From contig CATNEN010000030.1 in assembly GCA_950097015.1 (NCBI GenBank), positions 2,542,001-2,606,000 on the forward strand: a stretch of 64,000 nucleotides of DNA. The letters are read 5' to 3'. Below, piece after piece: positions 35,401 to 46,257 of this stretch (its first letter is position 1; each line of letters begins with the position of its first letter). Made by a program: the position numbers and the translations under genes. The DNA comes from Macrostomum hystrix. Taxonomy: Eukaryota; Animalia; Platyhelminthes. The notes beneath the pieces are model-generated. The model was not told where the DNA came from, made no database searches, and was given only the letters and a program-made list of their open reading frames with translations.

Positions 35401-38400
35401 TCCCAGAGATTACCTGCAACCACCTTATAATTACCTACAATCACACAGAGATTACCTACAATCACGCAGAGATTACCTACAACCACTCTGAGATTACCTA
35501 CAATCACTCTGCGATTACCTACAATCACTCTGCGATTGCCTACAATCACTCTGCGATTGCCTACAATCACTCTGCGATTGCCTAGAGTCTCTCAGAGATT
35601 ACCTACAACCACTCTGAGATTACCTTCAATCACTCTGAGATTACCTACAACCACTCTGAGATTACCTTCAATCACTCTGAGATTACCTACAATCACTCTG
35701 AGATTACCTACAATCACTCTGCGATTGCCTACAATCACTCTGAGATTACCTACAATCACTCTGCGATTGCCTACAATCACTCTGAGATTACCTACAATCA
35801 CTCTGAGATTACCTACAATCACTCTGCGATTGCCTACAATCACTCTGCGATTGCCTACAATCACTCTGAGATTACCTACAATCACTCTGCGATTGCCTAC
35901 AATCACTCTGAGATTACCTACAATCACTCTGCGATTGCCTACAATCACTCTGAGATTACCTACAATCACTCTGAGATTACCTACAATCACTCTGAGATTA
36001 CCTACAATCACTCTGAGATTACCTACAATCACTCTGCGATTACCTACAACCACTCTGAGATTACCTACAATCACTCTGCGATTGCCTACAATCACTCTGA
36101 GATTACCTACAATCACTCTGAGATTGCCTACAATCACTCTGAGATTACCTACAATCACTCTGCGATTGCCTACAATCACTCTGAGATTACCTACAATCAC
36201 TCTGAGATTACCTACAATCACTCTGCGATTGCCTACAATCACTCTGCGATTGCCTATAATCACTCTGAGATTACCTACAATCACTCTGCGATTGCCTACA
36301 ATCACTCTGAGATTACCTACAATCACTCTGCGATTGCCTACAATCACTCTGCGATTGCCTAGAGTCTCTCAGAGATTACCTACAACCACTCTGAGATTAC
36401 CTTCAATCACTCTGAGATTACCTACAACCACTCTGAGATTACCTTCAATCACTCTGAGATTACCTACAATCACTCTGAGATTACCTACAATCACTTTGCG
36501 ATTGCCTACAATCACTCTGAGATTACCTACAATCACTCTGCGATTGCCTACAATCACTCTGCGATTGCCTACAATCACTCTGCGATTGCCTACAATCACT
36601 CTGAGATTACCTACAATCACTCTGAGATTACCTACAATCACTCTGCGATTGCCTACAATCACTCTGCGATTGCCTACAATCACTCTGAGATTACCTACAA
36701 TCACTCTGCGATTGCCTACAATCACTCTGAGATTACCTACAATCACTCTGCGATTGCCTACAATCACTCTGAGATTACCTACAATCACTCTGAGATTACC
36801 TACAATCACTCTGAGATTACCTACAATCACTCTGAGATTACCTACAATCACTCTGCGATTACCTACAACCACTCTGAGATTACCTACAATCACTCTGCGA
36901 TTACCTACAACCACTCTGAGATTACCTACAACCACTCTGAGATTACCTACAATCACTCTGCGATTGCCTACAATCACTCTGAGATTACCTTCAATCACTC
37001 TGAGATTACCTACAATCACTCTGAGATTACCTACAATCACTCTGAGATTACCTACAATCACTCTGCGATTACCTACAACCACTCTGAGATTACCTACAAT
37101 CACTCTGCGATTACCTACAACCACTCTGAGATTACCTACAACCACTCTGAGATTACCTACAATCACTCTGCGATTGCCTACAATCACTCTGAGATTACCT
37201 ACAATCACTCTGAGATTACCTACAATCACTCTGCGATTGCCTACAATCACTCTGCGATTGCCTACAATCACTCTGAGATTACCTACAATCACTCTGCGAT
37301 TGCCTTCAATCACTCTGCGATTGCCTACAATCACTCTGCGATTGCCTACAATCACTCTGAGATTACCTACAATCACTCTGAGATTACCTACAATCACTCT
37401 GCGATTGCCTACAATCACTCTGAGATTACCTACAATCACTCTGAGATTACCTACAATCACTCTGCGATTGCCTAGAGTCTCTCAGAGATTATCTACAAAC
37501 TCCTAGAGATGATGATGTTCTTATCCTAAAATATGCCACAGATAGGGGCCAGCGCAAGGGGTTGCTAGACCCACCCCAGTCATGACGTCCTCAGTGTAAA
37601 GATCCTCTAGCAGCTGGATGGTGACGAACTGCTCCAGACTGAAGCCCTGTTGCACGAACAGCTTGACGAAGGCCACCTTGTTGTCCCGCAGGGCCTCGCG
37701 CATGAATGCGTCCAGGTCGCCTTTGCGCCACTTTTTGTTTTCGCCGAACACCTTCTGGCGGGCCACGTCGCTGCGGTCCAACGCCAGGGCGATCTTCAGC
37801 TGGGCCTTGTTGAATCTCTCCGACTCTTCGTGACTGTCTACGCCGGCCGAGTTCAACAGCGAGGCCAGAATCTTGGCGTCCAAGTCTGTTGGCGCGTCCT
37901 CGTCAAGTGAGAAGATCTCGATGCACTGCTTTCTACGAAGGATCTCAATTAGGGCGGCCACCTCTTTGTCCAGGTCGGTGCCCAGCGGCAGAGTCCAGAT
38001 GTCCAGCATGAGATTGCGCAGCCGGTTGAACTCAAGGATGTCCTGCTCGCGCTCCAAGTTTTTCTTCTTCTTGTGCTTGGCACCTTCCACCTCCAGCAGC
38101 TCCTCAATCAGAACTGCGAGAAGGTCGGCCAAGCCGCCGGTGCCCTTGATCAGCACAAGAGGGACTTCGTTGCGGCACAGACTGGCGTGGACACCCTTCA
38201 GGGCATGCCGACCGCCGCCGGAGAGCAGGCCGCAGATGGGCACCGCGCCTGCCGTTCGTTGTGGAGGTGTGGTGCTGTCAAAAACTTGACTTCCGATGCT
38301 TAGATTCTCAAAGTTCATAGCTCGTATCTCCAAAGCTCAGATCCCAATGCTCAGATCCCAATGCTTAGATCCTCAAAGCTTAGATTCCCAAAGCTCAGAT

Positions 38401-41400
38401 ACTCAAAGCTCAGATCCTCAAAGCTCAGATCCTCAAAGCTTAAGATTCCCAAAGCTCAGATCCCCAATGCTCAGATCCCCAATGCTTAGATCCTCAAAGC
38501 TTAGATTCCCAAAGCTCATATCCCCAATGCTCAGATCCCCAATGCTCAGATCCTCAAAGCTCAGATCCTCAAAGCTCAGATCCTCAAAGCTCAGATCCCC
38601 AAAGCTCAGATCCTCAAAGCTTAGATCCTCAAAGCTCAGATCCCCAATGCTCAGATCCCCAATGCTCAGATCCTCAAAGCTCAGATCCCCAAAGCTTAGA
38701 TCCTCAAAGCTCAGATCCCCAATGCTTAGATCCTCAAAGCTCAGATCCCCAAAGCATAGATCCCCAAAGCTCAGATCCTCAAAGCTCAGTTCCCCAAAGC
38801 TTAGATCCTCAGAGCTCAGATCCCCAAAGCATAGATCCCCAAAGCTCTGATCCCCAAAGCTCAGATCCTCAGAGCTCAGATCCCCAAAGCATAGATCCTC
38901 AAAGCTCAGATCCCCAAAGCTAAGATCCCCAAAGCTAAGATCCTCAAAGCTCAGATCCCTAAAGCTCAGGTCCCAAATTCTCTGATCCCCAAGTCCCAAA
39001 CAAGAGTCGAACCATCAAGATAAGCCGAGCTGCCAGCCCTATCAGGCCCACTCGCCGCTGACCACTCCTTCACCAGCAGTTCGAATCGGCTGCGAAACAT
39101 TCTGGCGTCGTCTACGGCTGCGTCGCCATAGCGACCTGAGTCCGGCAGTAGAAAGTGCGAATGATTGTGATCAAGGCTGATGCTGGAGCTGCCGCCATCA
39201 CTCTCCATGGCATACTTGGCTGGGTAGCAACCCTAGATGAGGCGTTTGGATGGGAATTCCTTGGCGTTACGTCATTATGAATCGAAGGATTCAGTAATTT
39301 ATATATGCACAACTATTTTGGTTTTTATAGAGGTGAGGGGCAGAGCGGCCTAACGCGTTTGTCTCTCTCACCAAAGTACCTGAGCTCGATTCCACGGTGA
39401 GGCCACCCTCATCATTTGGGGTGCAGCCGCGGAGAGAAGGCTTGGAGGCTTGTCGTGCAATTTACACCCTTGAGGGCCAACCTCCAAGGTACAGTGAGAG
39501 TGTAATCTGCCTGACAATGAGAAATTCAGTGCAGATGTACACACCTGTGTGAGCATGCGCCTGAGGGGGCGAGTGGGTCAGCGGCTAACGTCGCTGCCTC
39601 GCACTCCAAAGGACGCTAGTTCGATTCACCCTTCAAGTCACGATTAATTTCGGGACTTGTTGGGGGGTTTGGACAGTAGCGACCGGCGGAGGTGCACCAT
39701 ATTTCGTGCAATCAAAGCTGGAAATAATAGCTTCGCTCCTACCTTCTGGGTGCCTGTTCTGCGTTGTGTGAGTTGTGTGCGTTGGTGCTGGGGCGTGAGG
39801 CCTTGCGGGGGGTGGCTGGAGGGCGGGTGTACACCGCCGCGCGCTTTCTGGACTTCCGTCAGCGCGATTGGATAAGTGTACACTCATCACCCGGCCCCCC
39901 TGAGGACTGATTTCTTATCAGGCTTGGTCTGCTATGTGCGTGTGGGGCTGGGGTGGGGGACACTGCTGCCTATTCTGGGTGCCTCCTGCCCTCCCCGGCT
40001 GGTCTGTGCTGCTGTGTGTGGTGCCTGCTCAGGGGAGGCGGCGCGATGGGCGCAAAAGCGCCTAGTTCGCCGGTCTGGGGGCGTGCCGCTCCGTCGCTTG
40101 TGCGACAAGTGCCCCGGGCCCCCCTGCAAATAGATAGAGATAGAGTATGCGCCTGTGTACAGTTTCTGAGTGCGTGTGCTCAGGAGTCAGCGAAATGGGC
40201 AGAATTGCCTTCTCGCTGGCTGCAGGTCTAGTGTCACCAAACGATGTGCCATTGCCTGCAGCCCTCCTGAAATTATTAGCTCGTATTATTTAATGTTTAT
40301 TTTATATTTTGGATTTCATATTTCAACCTTCAAGGGTCTCTCCCCCGCCCCCGGCTCACCAAATAGGTTTCAGAGGCCAGGCTAGACCGATTGGCCACGC
40401 GGCCCCAGGGGCTCACGCCGATGGCCAGGATGGAGTCTTCGCCGTAGGCGTCGCAATAGTCACGGACGGCCTGGCCGGACAGCTCGGACAGACCATCGTA
40501 GCCGTCAGTCACGACCCAGGCGCCTGTATGACCAGTTTTGTGTCATAAAAAGCTATGTCTTTGTGTATCTATGACCAGTCGTGTATCTATGACCAGTCGT
40601 GTATCTATGACCAGTCGTGTATCTATGACCAGTCGTGTATCTATGACCAGTCGTGTATCTATGACCAGTCGTGTATCTATGACCAGTCGTGTATCTATGA
40701 CCAGTCGTGTATCTATGACCAGTCGTGTATCTATGACCAGTCGTGTATCTATGACCAGTCGTGTATCTATGACCAGTCGTGTATCTATGACCAGTCGTGT
40801 ATCTATGACCAGTTGTTTGCCAGCTTCTGTGTTGTCGCTTATGACCAATTCTTGTGCCTCTGGTGAGCTAGTGCTTTATGATCAGACTTGAAATGTGAGG
40901 TCATTATTGTATGACCTCTGTAATTTCGTGTCTAATATCCATCTGCTGCTAATTTTATATACTTTACTAGCGAAAATCACGCTTTTTGCTTTCTAAAACT
41001 CCTGTCGACTTACCAGAACCTCCGGCCGCCTTCCAGAGACCCTTCTGCCAGACGCTCTTGAATGTGGTCTTATCAATCTCCGTGCCGTAGACGCTGATGA
41101 TCAGGGATGGCTTGCCGAGGCCCCAGTGGCCTGTTAGCAGAGACATCAGGGCTTCATCCGTGGCGTTCTGACTGACTCGGTAGTACTGGAATGACCAATT
41201 TATCGCATATCACAGCCATAGATAAAAAATCAAAATTACACTTATCAATATATCAAAAACATTTCTCACCTGAGCAGTGTTTCCCAGACCGGAGAACTCG
41301 ACCTCGCCGAAGCAGTTATTCACCAGTTCGACTGTGTCGCCATCGCGACTCCAGGTGTGCCGACTGGGCAGCGCTGTGGTAAGGAGTTCGTGACCATCGG

Positions 41401-44400
41401 CCGGCTGACCACACGGGCACACGGGTGAGGCCGAGCCGTTGCTAGGGTTATGGAACGTTATGGAAATAAACTGGTGTTCTGCTGACTGAATCACGAGTTT
41501 AAAAGATTGAACAATACTGTCAATGGTCAGCTTCTTTGTTTCTAACTATAGTTACTAATTTGCTGAACTTATAAGAAAAAAGCTAAATAGCACATTTTTG
41601 AAGACAAGATAGAAAATTGCTTTACATACTCAAAGCTGGCCTCAAGCAGCGGCTGCTCAGGCATCCGGTAGGTGCACACCTTGCGCATCAGGCGCAGCTG
41701 CACCGGCATCTGAGCGATCAGGGTGCCAGACTCCGCATCCACCAGCTGCTTCAGCAGGGCAGCTGCAGAATTCGCGTTGCGACTGTCCTCTGAACTGTTG
41801 TAGTCATCCAGATAATCCAGTGCCGTCTTGCCCTCCTAGACGAGTGACAATCAAAATTGCATAAGCAACTCGAGACTCGAGAGCCAACACTCATCGAGAC
41901 TCAAGAATCTATATTCATCCAGACACGAGAACCTATATTCATCCAGACACGAGAACCTATATTCATCCAGACACGAGAACCAATATTCATCCAGACACGA
42001 GAACCAATATTCATCCAGACACGAGAACCTATATTCATCCAGACACGAGAACCTATATTCATCCAGACACGAGAACCTATATTCATCCAGACACGAGAAC
42101 CTATATTCATCGAGACACGAGAACCAATATTCATCCAGACACGAGAACCAATATTCATCCAGACACGAGAACCTATATTCATCGAGACTCGAGAACCAAT
42201 ATTCATCCAGACACGAGAACCTATATTCATCCAGACACGAGAACCTATATTCATCGAGACACGAGAACCTATATTCATCGAGACACGAGAACCTATATTC
42301 ATCCAGACACGAGAACCTATATTCATCCAGACACAAGAACCTATATTCATCCAGACACGAGAACCAATATTCATCGAGACACAAGAACCTATATTCATCC
42401 AGACACAAGAACCAATATTCATCCAGACACAAGAACCTATATTCATCCAGACACGAGAACCAATATTCATCCAGACACGAGAACCTATATTCATCCAGAC
42501 ACGAGAACCTATATTCATCCAGACACAAGAACCAATATTCATCCAGACACGAGAACCTATATTCATCCAGACACGAGAACCAATATTCATCCAGACACGA
42601 GAACCTATATTCATCCAGACACGAGAACCTATATTCATCCAGACACGAGAACCAATATTCATCCAGACACGAGAACCTATATTCATCCAGACACGAGAAC
42701 CTATATTCATCGAGACACGAGAACCAATATTCATCCAGACACGAGAACCTATATTCATCCAGACACGAGAACCTATATTCATCGAGACACGAGAACCAAT
42801 ATTCATCCAGACACGAGAACCAATATTCATCCAGACACGAGAACCTATATTCATCCAGACACGAGAACCAATATTCATCCAGACACGAGAACCTATATTC
42901 ATCCAGACACGAGAACCAATATTCATCCAGACACGAGAACCAATATTCATCCAGACACGAGAACCTATATTCATCCAGACACGAGAACCAATATTCATCC
43001 AGACACGAGAACCTATATTCATCCAGACACGAGAACCAATATTCATCCAGACACGAGAACCTATATTCATCCAGACACGAGAACCTATATTCATCCAGAC
43101 ACGAGAACCTATATTCATCCAGACACGAGAACCAATATTCATCCAGACACGAGAACCAATATTCATCCAGACACGAGAACCTATATTCATCCAGACACGA
43201 GAACCTATATTCATCCAGACACGAGAACCAATATTCATCCAGACACGAGAACCAATATTCATCCAGACACGAGAACCAATATTCATCGAGACACGAGAAC
43301 CAATATTCATCGAGACTCGAGAATCTATATTCATCCAGACACGAGAGCCTATATTCATCCAGACACGAGAACCTATATTCATCGAGACACGAGAACCTAT
43401 ATTCATCGAGACACGAGAACCTATATTCATCCAGACACGAGAACCTATATTCATCCAGACACGAGAACCTATATTCATCCAGACACGAGAACCTATATTC
43501 ATCCAGACACAAGAACCTATATTCATCCAGACACAAGAACCAATATTCATCCAGACACGAGAACCTATATTCATCCAGACACAAGAACCTATATTCATCC
43601 AGACACGAGAACCTATATTCATCCAGACACGAGAACCAATATTCATCCAGACACGAGAACCAATATTCATCCAGACACGAGAACCAATATTCATCGAGAC
43701 ACGAGAACCAATATTCATCGAGACTCGAGAATCTATATTCATCCAGACACGAGAGCCTATATTCATCCAGACACGAGAACCTATATTTATCGAGACACGA
43801 GAACCTATATTCATCGAGACACGAGAACCTATATTCATCCAGACACGAGAACCTATATTCATCCAGACACGAGAACCTATATTCATCCAGACACGAGAAC
43901 CTATATTCATCCAGACACAAGAACCTATATTCATCCAGACACAAGAACCAATATTCATCCAGACACAAGAACCTATATTCATCCAGACACAAGAACCTAT
44001 ATTCATCCAGACACAAGAACCTATATTCATCCAGACACGCGAACTAATATTCATCCAGACACGAGAACCTATATTCATCGAGACTCGAGAACTAATATTC
44101 ATCGAGACTCGAGAACCAATATTCATCGAGACACGAGAACCAATATTCATCGAGACACGAGAACCAATATTCATCCAGACACGAGAACCTATATTCATCG
44201 AGACACGAGAACCTATATTCATCGAGACACGAGAACCTATATTCATCCAGACACGAGAACCTATATTCATCCAGACACGAGAACCTATATTCATCCAGAC
44301 ACAAGAACCTATATTCATCCAGACACGAGAACCAATATTCATCCAGACACGAGAACCAATATATTCATCCAGAAACGAGAACCAATATTCATCCAGACAC

Positions 44401-46257
44401 GAGAACCAATATTCATCCAGACACGAGAACCTATATTCATCCAGACACGAGAACCTATATTCATCCAGACACGAGAACCAATATTCATCCAGACACGAGA
44501 ACCAATATTCATCCAGACACGAGAACCAATATTCATCGAGACACGAGAACCAATATTCATCGAGACTCGAGAGCCAACACTCATCGAGACTCAAGAATCT
44601 ATATTCATCCAGACACGAGAGCCTATATTCATCCAGACACGAGAACCTATATTCATCGAGACACGAGAACCTATATTCATCGAGACACGAGAACCTATAT
44701 TCATCCAGACACGAGAACCAATATTCATCCAGACACGAGAACCTATATTCATCGAGACACGAGAACCAATATTCATCCAGACACGAGAACCAATATTCAT
44801 CCAGACACGAGAACCTATATTCATCCAGACACGAGAACCAATATTCATCCAGACACGCGAACTAATATTCATCCAGACACGAGAACCTATATTCATCGAG
44901 ACTCGAGAACCAATATTCATCGAGACACGAGAACCAATATTCATCGAGACACGAGAACCAATATTCATCCAGACACGAGAACCTATATTCATCGAGACAC
45001 GAGAACCTATATTCATCGAGACACGAGAACCTATATTCATCCAGACACAAGAACCTATATTCATCCAGACACGAGAACCAATATTCATCCAGACACAAGA
45101 ACCTATATTCATCCAGACACGAGAACCAATATTCATCCAGACACGAGAACCAATATATTCATCCAGACACGAGAACCAATATTCATCCAGACACGAGAAC
45201 CAATATTCATCGAGACAAATGAAAGGCAATTAGATCTCTCGACCTCTTACCAGATCAGGCAAGTCAAGCGGCGGCAGCACAGGCTCTTCTGGCATCCTGA
45301 GACCGCCAGCGGCATCGAAGCAGCCAACAGAGACGAGCTCTGCAAGGCAGGCGCTGCTGCCTGTTGCCAGGGCCCAGAGCAGCGGTGTTCGACCGTGCGA
45401 CCTGTCGGCTGTGACCCGGCTGGCCGGCCTGGTTGCAGGGCCCAACAGGCGTACAGATACCGGGTCACTGGTGCGACAGGCCAGGTGAAGCGGGAACTGG
45501 CCAGACTGGGAAAAAGCATGGGGGCATGGCTTTATTGTTGGCTTTACGAATCAAGAGTCAACACACTCAAGTTTTATCGAGAAATCACGAGGTCTTAACC
45601 GACGAAGGGAATATCAACAAAAAGATTTAATGATCGACGAAAGGCGAATGGAAGGGAAAAGCGGTGAAACTAAATTCGATCGTACGGGCTCGTATATATT
45701 AGTCCTCATTAGATCAAGGTTCACGAAAAGTCCTTGAGTCGTGGGGGTATGTTTAGCTGCGGGTTCAAGCAAAGCACAAGCGACGTAGTAGTCACAATGT
45801 ACGCCCCTTGTCACTGTCTTAAAAATTTAAATCTTAAAATTTCTACCTCGTCCACCTGGTTTGCGAACTGTTCGTCCCGATCTAGCAGCCTTCGCATCAC
45901 GTGGTAGCTTCGCGTAATCACCGTCGCATGCATCAGAGGGCAGCTTTCCAGCACCGTTGGGATGTTCGCTAGTTCAGCGTCATTGGTTCCCGCCAACCGG
46001 ATGCGCTCATCCTCGGTCAGCTCCAGACGGTAGACCGCATCATTCGGAGACAACTGTTCCTGCTCCGCAATTCCGCTTTCGACGTCTCCACGAAGCAGGC
46101 TGCCAATGTCTACTTGCTCCGATACCATCTTGACAGTCTTCCTGGCGGAAGGTAATGCAGCTGTTGAAGATGCTGGCGATTGCGTTCCCGCAGCGTTTTT
46201 ATTGACGCTCTCACTCAGCTCCAGGCTGTCGGTAAGACGAGTCTTGGAGGAGTTCAT
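26420..46257 (-). CDS. TRPM: TRPM2-like cation channel with N-terminal ankyrin repeats, MHR1-4, 6 TM, TRP box, coiled coil and NUDT9-H (~1,870 aa, ~21 exons)
   Basis: Exons (minus): 46257-45847, 45505-45251, 41835-41630, 41441-41270 (CPCGQ..GH), 41185-41014 (WGLGKPSLIISVYG), 40523-40360 (GAWVVTDG..AIGVSPWG), 39232-~39000 (LDHNHSHFLL; donor uncertain), ~38290-37575, 35230-35177, 35086-34972, 34229-34022 (LFTWSLL..FFW), 33560-33332, 33245-32983, 32829-32736 (DFYFAPVVRF), 32213-31770 (S1-S4, EEIRQ, WNVMD, LGPKVVMI), 29997-29802 (S5, YFQVFGEL), 29245-29116 (S6, NVLLLNLLIATF), 29011-28821 (WTLQRY), 28594-28260, 27754-27372, 27104-26420 (PLNPCG..GPNH..VTRWKR..AWLET). Phases match at all junctions except the one noted. 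Confidence 0.93.
27112..27290. repeat. Inverted, more diverged copy of the same 16-bp array (GTGGGTGTGGAGTGAG) in the last TRPM intron
   Basis: Reverse complement of the 26105-26360 unit. Confidence 0.85.
27830..28175. repeat. 33-bp minisatellite GACAGAAGACCCAACTGGGCAGTGTGGACGCTT
   Basis: Direct inspection. Confidence 0.93.
29289..29616 (+). mobile_element. SINE-A, near full length, in a TRPM intron
   Basis: GGGGTGAGTGGCAGAGCGGTTAACGCG head through the ATT tail. Confidence 0.9.
30130..31680. repeat. ~24-bp T-rich minisatellite TTTTTGAGTAGTTTTCTGGGTTTC
   Basis: Fills the TRPM S4/S5 intron. Confidence 0.96.
34400..34757. repeat. 27/30-bp minisatellite TTGGCCGCACCCCACCCCTCAAAAGTC
   Basis: Direct inspection. 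Confidence 0.94.
35280..37500. repeat. 21-bp minisatellite CTACAATCACTCTGAGATTAC with higher-order blocks
   Basis: The variant CCTAGAGTCTCTCAG recurs at 35581, 36358 and 37471. Confidence 0.97.
38295..38995. repeat. 15-bp minisatellite AGATCCYCAAAGCTC
   Basis: Direct inspection. Confidence 0.95.
39335..40290 (+). mobile_element. SINE-A split by a nested insertion (39335-39563 and 40143-40290)
   Basis: The 5' and 3' halves of the consensus flank a 579-bp insert. Confidence 0.88.
39564..40142 (+). mobile_element. Longer tRNA-headed SINE (family C) with 13-bp TSD
   Basis: A-box-like TGGGTCAGCGG, B-box GTTCGATTC, 3' CCCCTGCAAATAGATAGAG tail. TSD GAG(C/T)ATGCGCCTG at 39551-39563 and 40143-40155. 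Confidence 0.8.
40560..40812. repeat. 18-bp perfect array GTGTATCTATGACCAGTC
   Basis: About 14 identical units. Confidence 0.96.
41630..46257 (-). CDS. Ankyrin-repeat N-terminal exons of the TRPM gene
   Basis: CPLMHATVITRSYHVMRRLL; DE|SGQFPLHLACRTSDPVSVRLL; HGRTPLLWALATGSSACLAELV; DL|EGKTALDYL. These fit the ankyrin G-x-T-P-L-H-x-A consensus, giving 3-4 repeats. Confidence 0.8.
41865..45215. repeat. 24-bp minisatellite ACGAGAACCWATATTCATCSAGAC filling a 3.4-kb intron
   Basis: About 140 units. Confidence 0.98.

Noticed and set aside
35352-37506. LPTITLR and IVGNLRV repeat ORFs
   Set aside because: Translations of the 21-bp intronic array.
40560-40812. CRISPR-like regular arrays
   Set aside because: Units are contiguous with no unique spacers, there are no cas genes, and the locus is eukaryotic.
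41851-45229. 1002/897/721-aa ORFs (TREPIFIQ, CLDEYRFS, SRVWMNIG)
   Set aside because: The 24-bp array fills a GT-AG intron between two phase-matched TRPM exons.
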